Shown here piece by piece: positions 43,017 through 56,640 of a stretch of 64,000 nt of DNA (position 1 is its first letter; the number at the start of each line of letters is the position of its first letter). Below the pieces are notes generated by a model. That model ran no database searches and was not told the DNA's origin. It saw nothing but the letters and a program-made list of their open reading frames with translations. Source of the DNA: Octopus vulgaris (lineage: Eukaryota); NCBI GenBank assembly GCA_951406725.2, contig OX597814.1, positions 210,986,001 to 211,050,000 of the forward strand, in the 5' to 3' direction. A program made the position numbers and the translations under genes.

Positions 43017-43174
43017 AACAGCAGCAGCAACAGCAGCAACAACGACAACATCGATGACGATGACAACTTGAACATAGACAGAATACCGCTAAGTATTTTG
43101 CCCGGCGTGGTGACGATTTTACCGCTCGCTGCATTCAATAATAATAATAATAATAATAAGAAGAAGAAGAATAT

Positions 43175-43818
43175 ATGCCACACACTCTACAGAGTGTGTA
43201 GGAAGAGGGTCGAAAGTGTAACTCATATTGTTAGTGCTTGTGAAAGTCTTGCGCAGAAAGAGTGTAAGCGTAGACACGACAAAGTAACCCAAAACTAGCT
43301 ACTATGCTGTAAGTATGGATAGGAGATTATAGTTGCTTGGTACCAACAAACACCCATAAAGTAATGGAGTAAAAGTGGAAGGCAAAAATCCTCTGTGAAA
43401 GCCGGATATAGTAACCTGTAGGAGGGACAAGCAAGAGTGCCTCATAATCGACGCAGCAGTGCCAGATCAACATTTAATCAAGAAAGAAAGCGAAAATATT
43501 GATACATATAGAGACCTGAAAAGTGAGATGGATTATATGTGGCAGCTACGAGAGTGAAACATAAAGGTTATCCCTATTTTCATTGGATCATTGGGTTTAA
43601 TATCACCCAATCTGAAAAAAAAAACTGACTAAAAACTTTAGATATACCCTATAATCTAGATATATTGCAAAAGTCGGCATTACATGGAAGTTCATACATA
43701 TTGAGTAAAGTACCGTCTGTCTGAGGTCCCTGTCTTGACTTGACAAACATTATAAACACCTGGCAGAAACAATATCTCCAATCAAAAACGTCACGTTATT
43801 GTATACTGTGCAACGTCT
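43175..43818 (+). mobile_element. R4/Dong-clade LINE 3' fragment (Zn knuckle + restriction-like endonuclease)
   Basis: YRVCRKRVESVTHIVSACESLAQKECKRRHDKV; KPDIVTCRRDKQECLIIDAAVP; IKVIPIFIGSLG; ILQKSALHGSSYILSKV*; (AAT)n on both sides. Confidence 0.85.
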
Positions 43819-43831
43819 ATAATAATAATAA

Positions 43832-43949
<118 letters not shown>

Positions 43950-44160
43950 GCTGACAAATACATAACAAAAACACCAGGACTTACAAACACATATAACATA
44001 CAGAAAATTGCACTACTAGGCACTGCACACATCCTACGCAGAACACTTTCCATACAATAACCATCAGAGCATCACAACAAATCACAGCACATACCTAAGG
44101 CACACAGAGCTGCTCACGGTAGTGAAGTGAAAGCACGCTATAAAAATAAAACTACTGAAT
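43950..44160 (+). mobile_element. Second R4/Dong-like 3' end (different family)
   Basis: TPGLTNTYNIQKIALLGTAHILRRTLSIQ*, then 3' UTR and (AAT)n. Confidence 0.8.
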
Positions 44161-44161
44161 G

Positions 44162-44269
<108 letters not shown>

Positions 44270-44574
44270 TTAATAATGATAATAATAATGATAATAATAA
44301 CAACAATAATAGACCCAAGTTATGGGTAGTAATATATCTGCAGTCTTGGTTGACAATCTTACTGGAGATGCTGTCTCGTGAAGAATACCGGTAGGTAGCC
44401 AAACTTAAAACTCATACCTGAATGTTGAGTGAAAATATCTAATACAAATATATTAAATAATATTGTTAATGAAACTGGAACAAAAGGTGAAAGCCTTTCG
44501 CCCTGCAGGTGCCCTGTGGTTGAGCAGCGCAGGTCCGGCCGTCACCCATAGACTGCTTGTACACAAAACCAGAA

Positions 44575-44818
44575 GCAGGATAAGAAGGTGGGATAAGGAG
44601 GCAAAGTGAACGGTAATTATATGCTGGATTGGGAGTGAAACAGAGTGCCCAGTAGAAGTGTTACAAAAGATTTTCCTCCCTGGCACGGCCAGAATAATCA
44701 GGAGAATTTTGGACGAATGATACAGTATGACGCAAGTAGTAAGCCCCCTACGCATGCAAGACTCAAGGAGCTCCAACAAATGCTGTGATAAAGAGAAAAT
44801 AATAATAATAATAATAAT
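44575..44818 (+). mobile_element. Third R4/Dong-like 3' end
   Basis: CPVEVLQKIFLPGTARIIRRILDE*, then 3' UTR and (AAT)n. Confidence 0.7.
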
Positions 44819-45769
44819 CCCTGTGCTATCTTCCCCTCTCCCTCTGTGTCCTTGCAAACCATCCAGTTTTTAGTAAGAAAAACATATACACACAATTTTA
44901 CATACATTCACAGAAAATGCTGCGATTGTAGACTAGTAACAAGATGTAGATTCTCAAAGTAAACAATCTTAAAGAGAAATGTTAAAACAGAAATCACTCA
45001 GAAAAGAAAGAAGGCGTCAATTAGGTAAAAAATAAAAATTAAATACTGTTGAATTCTAAAGCTTAATCATTAGCTAATACGAGCAAAATTCACAAGTTTT
45101 GTTTAAACTATAATTGTCATCAACATTTCATAAATAAATAAAGTTGTTAATGGACGTTACACAATATTCATATTTTATTTATGAAGAATACATAGAAATT
45201 TCGGACATTTTGTGAAATATTGATTGCAATAAGTGTAAGAGTAAATTGTAATTCCTACTGATTAGTCACATTTAAGTTTTACAAGTATATTATAGATCAT
45301 TATTGTAATCATTAATAACTACTTAAATATTCTGTATATTTTGTGAAAACTTTTAATGGTTCCATTAAAATATTTCACAATTTATTTGCAGTTATATACA
45401 AATACAAACCCCCACAATATATATATATGTGAATAATAGTTTACCTTCCTTCATTATTTTCCTATATGTATAGTAAACACATGATTTTTTTAAGTAAATG
45501 CACTCATGCCCGCACCGACGTACACATATGAATTGATGATTCACATCGATTCTGATTCATTTGTAACTTTTATCGTTAGAGATAGGGGAAATAAACAAGC
45601 TATTGGTGTACATGTTCTCTGTCTGGTTGGCAAAATTTGTTTGGTAGATCATCATGCATGAACAGTTATCATGTATGTATGTATGTATGTATGTATGTAT
45701 GTATGTATGTATGTATGTATGCGTGTACGTATCCCAAAATGTGATAAGTTTTCAGTTTACAATTGTGGA

Positions 45770-46010
45770 AGTGTGGACAGTTTTGACCGACAGATTTGCT
45801 ATATTTGCTATATGTCGGTTTGATGTTATTGACAACTGTACTTTCATTGACTTGGCTGGCTTTTGCTCTTTATGATGGTGTGAGTTTGGAGGATTTGATC
45901 CATTCTATGGTTCCTTTTGAGAAAAGGGATGTTCTGGAGTATGGAGTCGAAGGTTGCATTGTTTAGGGGGTTGTGCGTGATATCTATTGTAAGTTTTTGG
46001 TTGTAAATCC
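45770..46010 (-). pseudogene. Penelope-like element linker fragment
   Basis: ITHNP..NATFDSILQNIPFLKRNHRMDQILQTHTIIKSKSQP resembles the PLE THNP..QNLPIL..RM..IKSKRQP linker. Confidence 0.55.
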
Positions 46011-46106
46011 GTATTTAGTTTGGGCTAATGGTCCTTTTCACACTATAAATTATATTTGTCTGACATGTTATACATAAAGACACAAACACACACACACAAA
46101 GACGTA

Positions 46107-46178
<72 letters not shown>

Positions 46179-46900
46179 TTGCATCAACATCTTGAGGATC
46201 TTCAGAACTGACCTAATGAGTAACTTCCCTAGCCAAAGCTTGACAGATAAATAACTATTGTACAGAAATATTATCTGAAGGCTAATAAATTTCATATAAC
46301 ACACCAAACTTTCGCGGGTTAGCTTCCAGAGAAATTCCTGTACACGACATCGAGTATTAAGAAACATCGAACGTCACAGACCAGGATGTAGTGAATGGTA
46401 GATGTCGATATATCGCCGTTATTGTAGTTTATCAATTCCATATGTTCGTATGATCTCGAAACAAACAGAATTGCTGGTCTATGACCTATATGGAAATAGG
46501 CTGAAGCCTATTTGCTGATATACTGCAGCCTAGCACGCATGAAATAAAATAAATCAAGAATTAAAGGCAACTGTAATAATATAGAAATATCGGTATCTGC
46601 AATTCTGGGCATCCGTGGTGAGTTGTTTTGCCTGGTCTCTGACATTCGGCGTTGTGTAAGGATCTTTCTGCGCCAAATTTGGCGTGTAAATGAAATATGT
46701 ACACGATATTTTAGCAATAGAAAATTCACGCGAGCGCACGCACATACACACACTATATGTACACGTGCACACACGCACACATACACATATTAGAAGAGAT
46801 AGATAGATCTTTGAGGCTTCCAACAATGTACTTCTCTATTTTCTTTTCGACATCACAATATAAACGCCCTGCTGAGACAATGCCTTCATATATATATGAA

Positions 46901-46966
<66 letters not shown>

Positions 46967-49365
46967 TATTTATGCATATGATGTCAAACAAATATATTTT
47001 GTATAGTAGTGTGAACAGGACCAGTACCCCAAGCCGAAACATCAATCTTGTTTCGAATAATAACTCAGAATCTTCAGAACTGACTTAATGAGTAACCTCC
47101 TCAGTCAAAGCTTCATAGATTAAAAAAAACAAAAAAACTCTTATACAAAACCAAATTATTTGAAGCATAACAAATGTCATTTAACATAACGATTCTACTG
47201 ACCGGGAAGTATTTGATATTCATTATACAAACATTTTATTTGAATGGCATAAAGTGTAAAACTTTTACCTATTTCTAATTGAGAAATATCATCGTCTACC
47301 TGTTCTTTTTCAACTCATAATCACACGGGGTAGAACTAGCTTCGTTGATGAGGAATAACAACGAAACAACCATAGTCAAAATAACGTTCTAAATTCCTCT
47401 TAGTATTTGTATTGTTATGTCTGCATGTATACTAATATTGTTTTAATAGCATTGGATAGAATTGCTGGCAAAATAACTTACAACTGCTAAGATAATATTC
47501 TCATGATGTAAACTGAATTAATTTGCACATACTGATCTGCTTTCAGAAATGTATATATATACATGACAACACTCCATGTAACACTTTCGTAATCACTAGT
47601 GAATTTGTTCAAATTCGAAATAGTTTAACAGACTCAGTATTAATCCGGCCAATTCATACATTTATTTATTTCTCATAGCTTCTGGGGATTTCTCTAGAAA
47701 CGAAATCGCCGGCACTCAATTCCACGAAGCGGAACAGATTATGTTTATTGTAATACATGGTTTAATATAACAAGTTTAACTTCTTGAAACAAACAAATAA
47801 TATCTGTATGCACTATAGAAATATTTATATAACCATGAATAAACAAAATAAAAAAAAATGTGTACTGTGTAGGATATATTAGATATATACTGAATTGCAT
47901 ATGGCTATATTGCAGTAACGTATGTAGCAAGAGATTTCAGACACAAAAGTTACATAAATATATATGTATATAATGAGTAAAGTTAAACGGAATATGTTTG
48001 ACTTATTTCTCCATTTCTAGGTCTCAGGAAAGTAAATCCGAGTTAAGTTTTATTTTTAATCGCAAGATGAATATATGCCAAACACTATATAATGTAATAC
48101 ACATTGGCTTAAGAGCAAATCAAATTTTAATTCTCTCATAATTTATTGGCTATTGCTTAGCTATTACTTAATCGATATTTACTACAGCATTTATTTTCTG
48201 CTTATGTTGATTCAATGGAAATATTAATTTCCTAGCATATTTATCTTCACTGAAAAATAAAAAAAAAGGAAAGAAAGAAAATGAAAAGATCAGAAGCGAA
48301 ACGCTTAAACAAACAACGCCACATTGGTCCCATTTAAGATGGACTACTGATTTTTACAATATATCAGGTACATTATAATTGGTTTAGGATATTGTATTTA
48401 GGCAACAATAGCAATATATTTGGAAAGAGACGATGAATAGTAGTGAGAGGCTGAAATTTCATTATGAGCAGATATCCTTATATAGCGAAATTTATAATAC
48501 GGTGATCAGTCAATTAGTGATGTCACAGTCATCGGTTGCTTACCGAACGTCCGGATAGGATCATTACGTGATCAATACTATTATTTTAGGGCCCATGAAT
48601 ATTCATATTCTATCAAGTGTAACGCTGGAAATCAGAAAATTAATTCTTTGCATGCTTGAACAGCAAGTGATATGGGAACAAAAAAAAAAAAAGAAAAGAA
48701 AACAGTCTCGTGTGATTATAACGGTAGCTTACTCCTCACTTCCACCATCTTTCTATCTTTTCATTTCTCATTTAATATCTGTATTTTTCTGATTCTTACT
48801 TTCCCTGATTCTCGATGCACCATCCTTATCCATAACCTCTTTTAATCTATATATACTTTCTCCATCGATATTTCTACATTGGACTACCATTTACTTCGTT
48901 TTGGTTTGCCGGTCATTCTGTATGACTATGCGTTTCACTGAAGGTTCGTTTTCAACGATCAGTCCTTTTAATAATTCAATTATAATCTCTCTATTATTCT
49001 CTATTGTAGTATCTATCTCTTTCTTTTTCCTCCTGAATCTATCTCATTGTTACTACTGATTTCTTGCTCCTACTTTATTTCAAAGAAATACTTCCTTCAT
49101 TCCTCCCTCCCTCTTCCAAGCATTCTCTATCTACGTTTCTCCTTCTCGCTCTCACATACAAAATATGTTATTCACCTTATATCTGTCTCTATATTTATCC
49201 CAGTTCGTATGTACATCCGTTATTTTAAGGTACAATATTTATCTCTCGTTTTCTCCTGTGACAGCATTATCTGTAATTTATACATATATTTTCTATCCCC
49301 GCCCCCAGTCTCTTTCCTTCTTTCTTTTTTTCTTCTTTCCTTTTTTCTTTTCTTCTTTCTTTCTT

Positions 49366-49408
<43 letters not shown>

Positions 49409-52129
49409 ATCTCTTCATCACAATTTATTTACCATTTTTCCCACTCCTCTCTTCCTGCAGCACTTTCGTCTGCATGACAATACTTATATTATCTCCAGTT
49501 TGGTTGTAAAGATATATAATTTTTAGTCAATATTTCTCATTTCGTCACACACAAATACACACAACAAATGCACAGACGCACGCATGCATGATCCGGAGAC
49601 ACAAACTCATAGACAGACACAAACCCGCACCCACCTTCCCTGACAAGCAGATGCACACACATATATAATCTCTCCGTCCAGCTCTGTCTAAATTTCTCCA
49701 CCCTATTTCCGATGATAGTTGATGTATGCTTAGCCACGATTGCCGTTAGCCACCACTTTCAATGGCGTCAATCTTCACAATTGTATTTATCTCTAAGTGA
49801 TTTTTTATTTATTCCTCTCTTTATTCTGGACAATACTCACGCAGTTCTCGTGACTTATTGATTTATAAAATGGCCCACTTGGCATCGGATACATTATTTT
49901 AATATTTCCTGAACTTTGGTTTCACGATAAACTGAAGACATGATTAATAAAGACGATATGCAACAACTATGAACTGCAGTGTCATTCGTACATGAATATA
50001 TATGCATGTATATATACACATGCGCGCATAAACATATACATATATAAATATGTATGCATGAATATATAATTATGTGTATATATACCTATACATATGTGTG
50101 TATGTGTGTGTATGCGTGTGTGTATGTGTGTATTCACAAGGGTGTAAGTAATTGCTTATGCATTCGGAGGAAACATAGCACAATAAATTCTGCAGATAAC
50201 ATGTATTACTTTACAACCGACAAAACGTTACGTCAATGTAGTAAAGACCGACCGAGTTTTTGTGTTACTCGGTATCGGCCTTTATCGAAATGCAATGCGC
50301 TCTGATTGAAACTTTCAGCTTTTGACTCACTCGTATATCTCTGAGCTAATATAAGGAACACACAAAGAAACACACACACATACTGGCACACACACATTTA
50401 GTATGTATATATGTGTGTGTATGTAATGGATATATATTTACATATATATATGCGTTTGTCTGTATGTATGCCTTCTGTTTGTTTAAAGATATATATGTAG
50501 ATGTAAAGTGAACAACATTGGGATAAATTGTGTATGCTCGTATGTTTGGGTGTGTGATTGTTGGCGAGCGAGCGAGAAGGAAAGAGAGTGAGAGGGGAGA
50601 CAGAAGAGAGAGAGAGAGAGTGTGTGTGTGTGTGAGAGAGAAATATAAATTGAGAGACAGTGCGTGAGATAGATAGATTAAGATGTGACATATGTATCAA
50701 GTCTGAATCTTAATTGGAAGACAAGGTTTTTAACACTTACACGAAGGAAAGTCTATAATAACGACAACTTTCGATAGGGCCTTCAAGATTAACGGGCAGT
50801 AAGAGTGGCATTATATTCAGATATGTTTTATGGATCAAGTGCGATGAAACGCAGATTCCCGCTAATGTTAACGTAAACACGGTTACTGCGGTCAAAGTGA
50901 CCAATTATTAATTCTACCTAATAGTGTATTATACAATGAATATATTACCATTTCTAATGAAGGTATCAGTAATTCCGAATAGTTTAGGTAAATATTGGAT
51001 TCACTTTACATATATTCTTGCCTGCATTCTTTCTTAACATAATAATGGCAATGTACAAATGATAAGTATGAAGACAATTGCTTTGATATTATTAATAGTG
51101 AAAACTGAAAGAAGTAGGTGACAATGAGAGCCTGAATAGATACATTTTTGTTATAACACATTGAATGCTCTATATTTCATTTACGAATTTCCGTTAGATT
51201 TAAAAATTGCTTTTTGTCCAATATACGTCGGGAAAATTGATATAATTTCTGTTCATAAATCGAGGGAATAATCTATATTTATATTATTTGCAATAAAATA
51301 ATGCTTTCTTTTATATCTTCAAACAAAGTAGAATTCTTTGAAGAGTATATATGAGTTCTATATTATCTACTTGTACTGATATTACCAGCCGTGTAGCAAT
51401 GATGAACAAACTGAAGACTACATAGAATTGATTTGTGGAAGGAAAAGGACAAAATAAATTGCATTGAAGAATTAGTAAGTGATAACTGTGTCTCTTCGGT
51501 ATCATAGCAGTTCTACAAATTTACGGATAACATTTTCTACAGTGAATAGAAAAGCATCCAAATTACTAATATTTACAGGAGCACCGGTGTTATCCCAATC
51601 ATCATGTGTGGACAAAGATAGGAATTCGGTATTATGAAAGAGTAATTTAGCATGATGCATTCGGTTTTCTGGCATTTGCAGTATTCAAACTGGTTGTTAC
51701 AAAGAGAAAGAAAACACGGGAAGAAGGAAACGAGAGAGAGTAATATAATAGAGATAACGGGTTGCGGTAAGGGTAAGAAATAGAAAGAGAGAGGAATGTA
51801 TGTAAACAGAGGGAATGAAGGAGTGTAATATATCGTGGCAGAACATGGCAAAATAGAACAGGAAATTACGTGGAACGTGGCAGAATAGAGTGCAAAGATG
51901 TGGAAGAAAAGAAATAAGGCGTATCAAAGATTAATGGGTCAAGGAAAAGAAACTTGGCAAGGAGAGTAAAGAGATACCAGGCTACGAAAGAAATATGTAG
52001 CCTGAATGAAGTTATCTACAAGTATATAGATAAATAAATAAATTAATAAATGCAAATATATATACACATACATATATACATACATACAACAATGCATATA
52101 TATATGTAGACATATACAAACATACATAC

Positions 52130-52206
<77 letters not shown>

Positions 52207-53694
52207 AAGGGTGGGCGGGAGAGATAGATAGATAGATAAATAGATAGATAGATAGATAGACAGACAGAGTGACAGAGAGGAAATGCATATATAAATACAA
52301 TATAAAGATAACATTCGCATAGCACTCGTATGCATTCAAATACCAATACACTTTCCTCCAAATATTTAAATTAAACGCCTAACATTTCAGATGGAAACAA
52401 AAATAAAAGAAGTAAAAACCTAAATGGACCAAAATGCAATTAATGAATCTCTTGGGAAAAAAGCTAGAATGCGAAGAGAAGGAAAATATAATGGCATTCT
52501 CAATCACTATTATTATAATCAGAGAGACCCATAGGAAAATAAAGAACAATGATATATTACGGTGTCTTGAAAGCCGATGTATTAAGACTGGAATAACTTT
52601 GACGAAAAAGCTTGGCTTAGTCGCTTGAGGTACGAATTATTTGTTAACTTTGGTTGTGACATAACATATATCTAAATAATGTATACCACTTAGAACTAAG
52701 GTTATTAGGAATTCTGCAGCATGTATTTCGTTCTATTCTTAATCATTTTATTTTCTTTGTTTTATTTGGATGGTTGGCAAAATAGAATACTGGCTTAAAG
52801 GAAATTAACGCAATCTTCAGCAGAAACCTCGTTGTACTTCGTGCAAAACAAATACTATATTGTTGTATATAGTTTTGTGTACAGTTCACACATTTAGTAT
52901 AGATTTCGAAAAGAGCGATAGAGAGATGTGATAGGCAAACAGGGAAAAGTATCAAATGGACACATACATACATGCTCACATGCAAATATGCTAACGCATA
53001 GAGAGAGCCGTAATTTCGTAGCAGTATAAAATAAAGTATGATAAGAAGAGTAAAATAATGTATATATATTTATATGAATTGACTGTTTATTTAACTGATC
53101 ATCCCATGCACCAACCCTTCCTATCTGCTCATGGGTGTCATAATGTCTCCGTGAAAAACCAGTTAGCGTATATAATTTCTCGTATACTTTCAGGACTACA
53201 GACGGCATGGCATATGTTTTTATGTGATTCAATCGAATCTCGTAAACTTCTAAAATTTTTTGTAGCGAATCCGAGAAGTTAAATGTCGTGGAACATAGTT
53301 GGATGAAACAAAATACTATAAGCTATCATCCGTCTATTAATCCGTTCACTTTATGCACCATACTTATTTAATGTTTTTTTTAAGCGTGTAACTTTAATGA
53401 TCTTCCATGCAAATAGCATATTGACATATTTTACGACAGCAAACTAAATGTCCACACACTAAATAAAATTTTACGTTTTCATATTTTTGATGACTCAAAA
53501 CTATTTCTAATTATATAAAAGTTGAAAGGTAGATGCCAAATTATTTGTCAATGAAATATTTTAAACTCATATTATTTATTGCATTTTATGCCATTGCGGA
53601 ACTTAAAATAAGGAATTATAAATTTGTCAATTCAATCAATTACACAGCATCACAAAATTAGTCGCTTTGTGCCCAGTTTGAAACTAATAGAATT

Positions 53695-54320
53695 ATTAGC
53701 AGTAAGGTCTTGAGCTGGAAGACTCGCAACCCAGCATGAAAAAATATTTAACGACATTACTTCCGACATTGCGGCATTTCTTTCGAGTTAAAATGTCACC
53801 GAGTTCGACTTCGCTTTTCATCCTTCAGGGGTATATAAAGTAAGTACTAGTTGGACATGTATTCGACATATTCCTTCTATTAAATTTCTAGCCTTATACC
53901 AAACTTTCAAACTGATATTAGTAACAGTTCTATTCAGACGGCAATCTGGCAGACTCGTTAGCACGCCGGAAAGTAATTGGTAGCAATCGAGCAGTATTTT
54001 CGTTCCGAGGTCAAATTCCACCAAGGTCAAATTTGCCTTTCATCATTTCGATGTCGATGAAATTAATATCAGTCAAACACTGGCGTCGATTTAATCGACT
54101 GGTCCATTGTTCCAAAAATTCAAGCCCTGTGGCTTATTGCAGAGCAAATTATTGTCAGAAATAATTATTATATTTTTTTCTTTATCACGTGTTGAAATCC
54201 AACTGGGGTCAACCGTGTCATTCATTTTATTGAAGTCAATGTAATAGCATACTTATCAAACATAGATGTCGATTCAGGTGACTAAGTTCACTCCGCAAAC
54301 GATTTTGTTTATGTCTATTG
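53695..54320 (+). mobile_element. Two to three old tandem SINE family B relics
   Basis: Repeated tggcagactcgttagcacgccg and tttcatc.tt blocks. Confidence 0.65.
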
Positions 54321-55056
54321 TAAAAATCAATGGCAATAAGAATTTCTAAAAGCATGACTGCCTATGGTGACCACTATGCATATTAAACTGACATAAAGGG
54401 AAGTAACTATATTTTCAGTATATTTTACTGACAAGTTTACCATTACGCTCTTATTCAAAAATATTTATTGATTGAATGCATAGTCATTGTAGTACTGGTA
54501 GGTGTCGTGTCTTTGACTTCTATGAAATCGATTAGAAAACGACTTGGTGCGGGAGCAACCAAACCAAATCGTAGTTTCAATGGCCTTTGAAAACGTACGG
54601 ACATATTGAGCAATATTGCCTTACATATGCATCCGCGAAGAGGAATGTGGCGTGGTCACATCTAGAATATCCATGACTATAGGTCTACTTAGTTTTGACA
54701 TAGTTTAACCAATTACAACTGTCGTAACAACGGTTGTATAATCAGCTATCTCACGTCTATTTTAAGAATTGTGTTAACTTTAAGCATTGTCCTTGTCAAT
54801 GCCTAATTGCAGCTAATGACGCCAGTTGGGTATATAAGCATTTCAAATAAGGAGCAATACTGATTTCAAGTTATTGATCTGTGAACCGTTGCACCTTTAA
54901 ACACTTGTATAGCGATGCAGCACGGACTTTGTCAGTGAACAGGTCGCGGATTTTAGCGACGAAAATATTTTGACAAATTAAACTTAAATGTTGAAGTGAA
55001 TCGAACGGCTTTTGTGTGTTTCTTAAATGGCTTATAAACACCTTCCACGCTATAAA

Positions 55057-55097
<41 letters not shown>

Positions 55098-55304
55098 GAT
55101 AAATCTCAGAGCGAGTTATAAACAGTAGCGGTAACACATCGTGTTGCATATTTGCCATTTGAATATGGCTAACCCATATGGGTGGATGCTACTGTAGTTT
55201 GTAGCCCCAGGAAGATATCTCCTCCAGTTGGCTATAGACACACTATCTGTGTCCTGTCAGTACTTGTGAAGGGGAGTCATCCTCCCCGTCTTCAACACAT
55301 GATA

Positions 55305-55349
55305 CACACGTACCCGAGTTTCAAGGTGTTTACCTTTCATCAGCGTGTG
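55305..55349 (-). ncRNA. Type I hammerhead ribozyme, copy 1
   Basis: cacacg-CTGATGA-aaggt-aaac-acctt-GAAAC-tcgg-GTA-cgtgtg. Confidence 0.88.
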
Positions 55350-55589
55350 ACAATCATGGTTGTCGACGAGAAGTCAGATCCCTTCACAAATACATATACA
55401 TTTTCCAGTGTCGATTTGACACTGATAATGAAAAAGTGAAATTAAACAATGATAAATCTCAGAGCGAGTTATAAACAGTAGCGGTAACACATCGTGTTGC
55501 CACTTTTTCATTATCAGTGTCAAATCGACACTGGAAAAAGTATATGTATTTGTGAAGGGATCTGACTTCTCGTCGACAACCATGATTGT

Positions 55590-55635
55590 CACACGCCTGA
55601 TGAAAGGTAAACACCTTGAAACTCGGGTACGTGTG
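55590..55635 (+). ncRNA. Type I hammerhead ribozyme, copy 2 (extra C before the core)
   Basis: cacacg-c-CTGATGA-aaggt-aaac-acctt-GAAAC-tcgg-GTA-cgtgtg; predicted cleavage after 55629. Confidence 0.8.
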
Positions 55636-55943
55636 TATCGTGTGTTGCAGACGGGGAGGATGACTCCCCTTCACAAATACTGACAGGACACAGATAGTGT
55701 GTCTATAGCCAACTGGAGGAGATATCTTCCTGGGGCTACAAACTACAGTAGCATCCACCCTTATGGGTTAGCCATATTCAAATGGCAAATATGCAACACG
55801 ATGTGTTACCGCTACTGTTTATAACTCGCTCTGAGATTTATCATTGTTTGATTTCACTTTTTCATTATCAGTGTCAAATCGACACTGGAAAAAGTATATG
55901 TATTTGTGAAGGGATCTGACTTCTCGTCGACAACCATGATTGT

Positions 55944-55988
55944 CACACGCTGATGAAAGGTAAACACCTTGAAACTCGGGTACGTGTG
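55944..55988 (+). ncRNA. Type I hammerhead ribozyme, copy 3
   Basis: Same as copy 1; predicted cleavage after 55982. Confidence 0.88.
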
Positions 55989-56149
55989 TATCGTGTGTTG
56001 CAGACGGGGAGGATGACTCCCCTTCACAAATACTGACAGGAGACAGATAGTGTGTCTATAGCCAACTGGAGGAGATATCTTCCTGGGGCTACAAAGTACA
56101 GTAGCATCCACCCATATGGGTTAGCCATATTCAAATGGCAAATATGCAA

Positions 56150-56194
<45 letters not shown>

Positions 56195-56241
56195 CGTATT
56201 TGTACATACATCTATACGCATATCTATCTATCTATATCTAA

Positions 56242-56291
<50 letters not shown>

Positions 56292-56294
<3 letters not shown>

Positions 56295-56640
56295 CTTATG
56301 TGGTCCCAGGACATCATGAAAGGAGTACAACAAAAGAGAAATACGAAGTACGAATACATGGAATATGAATTATTTTTTCGAACAACGAAAGACACACAGG
56401 AAAACAAGACAAGCAACATAAAGAACGACCATTTATCACTTCTTGGCTGTTTTTCTAATCTCGTATTTCGACCATTTAACAACAATACACGCTTTCGATA
56501 AAACAGTTGCTCCCGCAAAGCAAATTAAATAAAATTTGGGATTTTATGGAAGGTCAAAATTGGTAACACAAACAGGACAGTAAAAATAAACAAGAAGGAC
56601 TGCTAAGCCTAAAGGAGGTTGTAGCAGCGAAGGTGTAAAT
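56292..56640 (+). repeat. Unclassified interspersed repeat between (TA)n tracts
   Basis: Partial inverted copy at 30045-30152. Confidence 0.6.

Larger units (their letters stand above)
55095..56152. mobile_element. Retrozyme-like element: 353/354-bp unit, ~1.15 copies on minus (55095-55500) joined to ~1.84 copies on plus (55501-56152), flanked by (TA)n
   Basis: aatgataaatctc at 55095 and 55448; cactttttcattatc at 55501 and 55855; only a handful of differences between copies; one HHR per unit. Confidence 0.9.

Noticed and set aside
47295-47390. Minus-strand signal-peptide-like stretch MVVSLLFLINEASSTPCDY
   Set aside because: Short, weak splice donor, no supporting exons.
55182-56111. Repeated 85-99 aa ORFs MDATVVCSPRK
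   Set aside because: GTG starts, antisense to the ribozyme, frameshifted in one copy, no recognisable domain; the unit is better explained as structured RNA.
55095-56152. CRISPR array or satellite interpretation
   Set aside because: No short repeat/unique spacer pattern, eukaryotic context, only about three units.
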